NCBI RefSeq assembly: GCF_036321535.1
Contig: NC_087437.1
Location: 60,204,001 to 60,268,000 of the forward strand
Length of the DNA stretch: 64,000 nucleotides
Source of the DNA: Camelus dromedarius
Lineage: Eukaryota
Direction of reading: 5' to 3'
Below are positions 61,574 through 64,000 of this stretch, piece by piece. Each line of letters opens with the position of its first letter. Position 1 is the stretch's first letter. The position numbers and the translations under genes are program-made. A model generated the notes under the pieces. It did no database searches. It saw only the letters and a program-made list of their open reading frames with translations, and was not told the DNA's origin.

Positions 61574-62464
61574 AAGCTCTATTTATTCAATAAGGTTTTT
61601 CATTTTGTTTTTGCTTTTTTTTTTCCTATTAGAGGTTTGTAATTTTCTTTGAATAGATTTTGCATGTCTTTTTCTGTTAATTCCAAAATGCTTTAGATTC
61701 TTCAGGGAAAGAGCGCTCTCTCTCTCTTTTCACTGTACTTCTTTTTAGACTTCATCACTGGAATCTAGAAATGGTATTGATTTAATTGTAACCTTATCTG
61801 CAATGTTTCTGAACAGATTTGTCATTTTTTACTAATATTCCTAGAATACTCTGTATCTTTCCTTGAGAGCTTACCCATTCTGTCTTACAGTGGGGAAAGC
61901 TTTATTTATGGCAAGACGTAGCAGTACTCCAAGCTGTAGCATTTTTTTCCCCCTGTGAAACTCAGAATGGGTGACAGCACCCTCTCCAGCAGGGGTTTGC
62001 TGGCTATACCTAAAAGAGTACGTCAGAGTAAAAGGAAATGAGGATGACATTATTAGATGGGTAATCTTTAATTAGTTCTGATTTCTATTTTTAAGGTAAA
62101 TCATTCAATAACTCTGGTAATTAAACTATTAATAGCAACAAATTGCTTAACACATACATCACAACTGAACACTGATCACACCAAAATTAGGATGATGATT
62201 AAAACAGGCTGTTCACTGAATTGTACACTTTTAAAATGGTGAATTTTAAAGTATGTGAATATCTCCCCCCACCAAAAAAAACCTAGGAAAAATGAATACC
62301 CCCCCCCCCAAAGAAAACCCAGGAAAAATTTAAAAAACATAGGCTTTGGAGATAAGTATTTTGAATATATGTCCCAGCTCTGCCTCTAACAGGCTCTGGC
62401 CTTGGGCAGTTACTTAATTTCTGTGAGTCTCAGTTTCAACCTATGTAAAATGGGATTATGAATT

Positions 62465-62915
62465 GTCCCTCCTCCATTTCACAGCTAAAAGACCCTCTCC
62501 TCACCCACCGTATGGAGATGTGGAGTGGCCAAAGTATCTCACTTTCCTAGATATAATGATTGGTACAGATGTGCTCACATAACCCAAAGAGGCCTTAAGG
62601 AAAGCTGATGTGGATGTCACATCAGAACAGAACTTTTTCCTTCTGAAATTATAAACTGTAAGGCTCATGGGAGCCAGGACTACTGGGGGTCATTTTTTCA
62701 TCATATGGAAAGAACATACCAGAGATTGAAGCTAATATAGAAGAGATGGAAGGAGAGAGAAATTTCTAGCAACACTGTTTGTGCTCATGGATCCAGCCTA
62801 CCCAGAAACTAGACAGCTCCTTGTATTTTCATTTACCTGTGCCAATAATTCCCTTTTTTCCTGAGCTTGTTTGAGTTGGGTTGCTGTCATGAGTGACCCA
62901 AAGAGGCCTAACATA
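62465..62915 (+). mobile_element. MLT1-type LTR splitting a MIR (MIR halves ~62325-62465 and ~62920-63040)
   Basis: tgattggtacagatgtgctcacataaccc...gccaataattcccttttttcctgagcttgtttgagttgggttgctgtca...ccaaagaggcctaa. Confidence 0.7.
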
Positions 62916-64000
62916 GAAATCTATTTTATAAGGCTGCTGGGAGAATTATTTGTGGTAATACATGTAAAGCACCCAATGCTTTTATATAACAGGGACTCAA
63001 AAACGGAAACTTAACTATTATCATCTTGATCATCATTATGCAATAGATTGGGACAATTTTGTGTCTGCTTTGTCCCATGCAGTAGCTAAGACAGTACTAA
63101 GTATGAAGAGCTCAATAAATATATCTTTACAGACAAATCTTTCCCTTAATATAGAATTTAAACATGAATTAATTAGAATTGTTATCTACTTTCTATTCAT
63201 AAGAGATAGAGGCAAATCAAGAAAATGGCAAGAATGTTGAACTGGGGGTCAAGAGACCAAGTTTCCAGTTCTGATGATTCTCTTCACATCCTCCCAGAGA
63301 GTGTCCTTCCCCTCTCTGGGCCTTGGTTTCTCCATTTGTCAAATTAGGCTACTGGGGTAGATGATCTCAGTCCCTTATAAGCTCTAAATTTGAGATTCAA
63401 GGAAAAAGATAGCAGGGAACTCTAGTACCCCTTGATTTCTTGGTGTTAAAACAAATTCAATCTCATATAGCCTTTTTGCATCCCTCCCTACAGCCTCCCA
63501 CAATGACACATGATCAGGGAAGTTGGGGTACTTGCTGATGCCCATTTGCAAGATTCTGTATTCCCAGAGCAAGATGCAAGGAGGTTCAGTACTCTCTACT
63601 TGCTAATGTAGAAGTATTGCTAAATGTATCTTAGAATGGATTTCAGCCACAAGGCCTGAAATATAATTTAATATCCAGGAAAAAAATCAATGGAAACAAT
63701 ATTTTTCATTCATCAAGCATTCATTTAGGGCCTTCTAGACACATACGATGCCAAGCACCAGAGAAACAAAAGGGCTAAGACCCGGTTCCTGAGGTCAAAG
63801 AGAGCAAATCTCATGACGCTGTTTCCTGAATGTCTTGTTCATCATGATTTCACTGATGATCAGATGCAAAGAGAGATTCTGCCAACCTTATTGGATGTCC
63901 ACTGTGTGCCAGGCACGGGGTAGACAAGTTTGTGTGCATTGTCTGTCACTTGGTTATAACTGTCCTATACTTCCTCCTGTCAGAGACATGGCTCTGGCTG

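Overview
Mammalian genomic DNA, very probably camelid (four copies of a tRNA-Ala-derived SINE resembling camelid vic-1). The first ~16 kb holds the last three coding exons of BDH1 (mitochondrial D-3-hydroxybutyrate dehydrogenase, SDR family) on the + strand (5569-5710, 12117-12269, 13637-14106; 254 codons plus stop) and its probable 3' UTR. The remaining ~48 kb has no recognisable intact gene. It is rich in repeats (L1, L2, MIR, MLT1 LTRs, MER20/MER53/MER102/MER5 DNA elements, probable RTE and CR1 relics) and has two orphan CpG-rich promoter-like regions (~23.8-24.4 kb and ~59.8-60.5 kb). The most unusual signal lies just downstream of the second: a cryptic 21-bp tandem array (60990-61330) inside a 256-codon + strand frame (60806-61573) broken by only two stops. 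It reads as a P-V-R/K-N-H/P-C-S/F heptad and is a candidate disabled or unannotated germline gene; it is also a phased TGACAG (TALE-homeodomain) site cluster. Other notable items are a SINE that appears to have carried a ~220-bp 3' transduction into an L1, and a tail-only retro-insertion with a perfect 15-bp target-site duplication. Repeat family names come from recalled consensus sequences and their boundaries are approximate.
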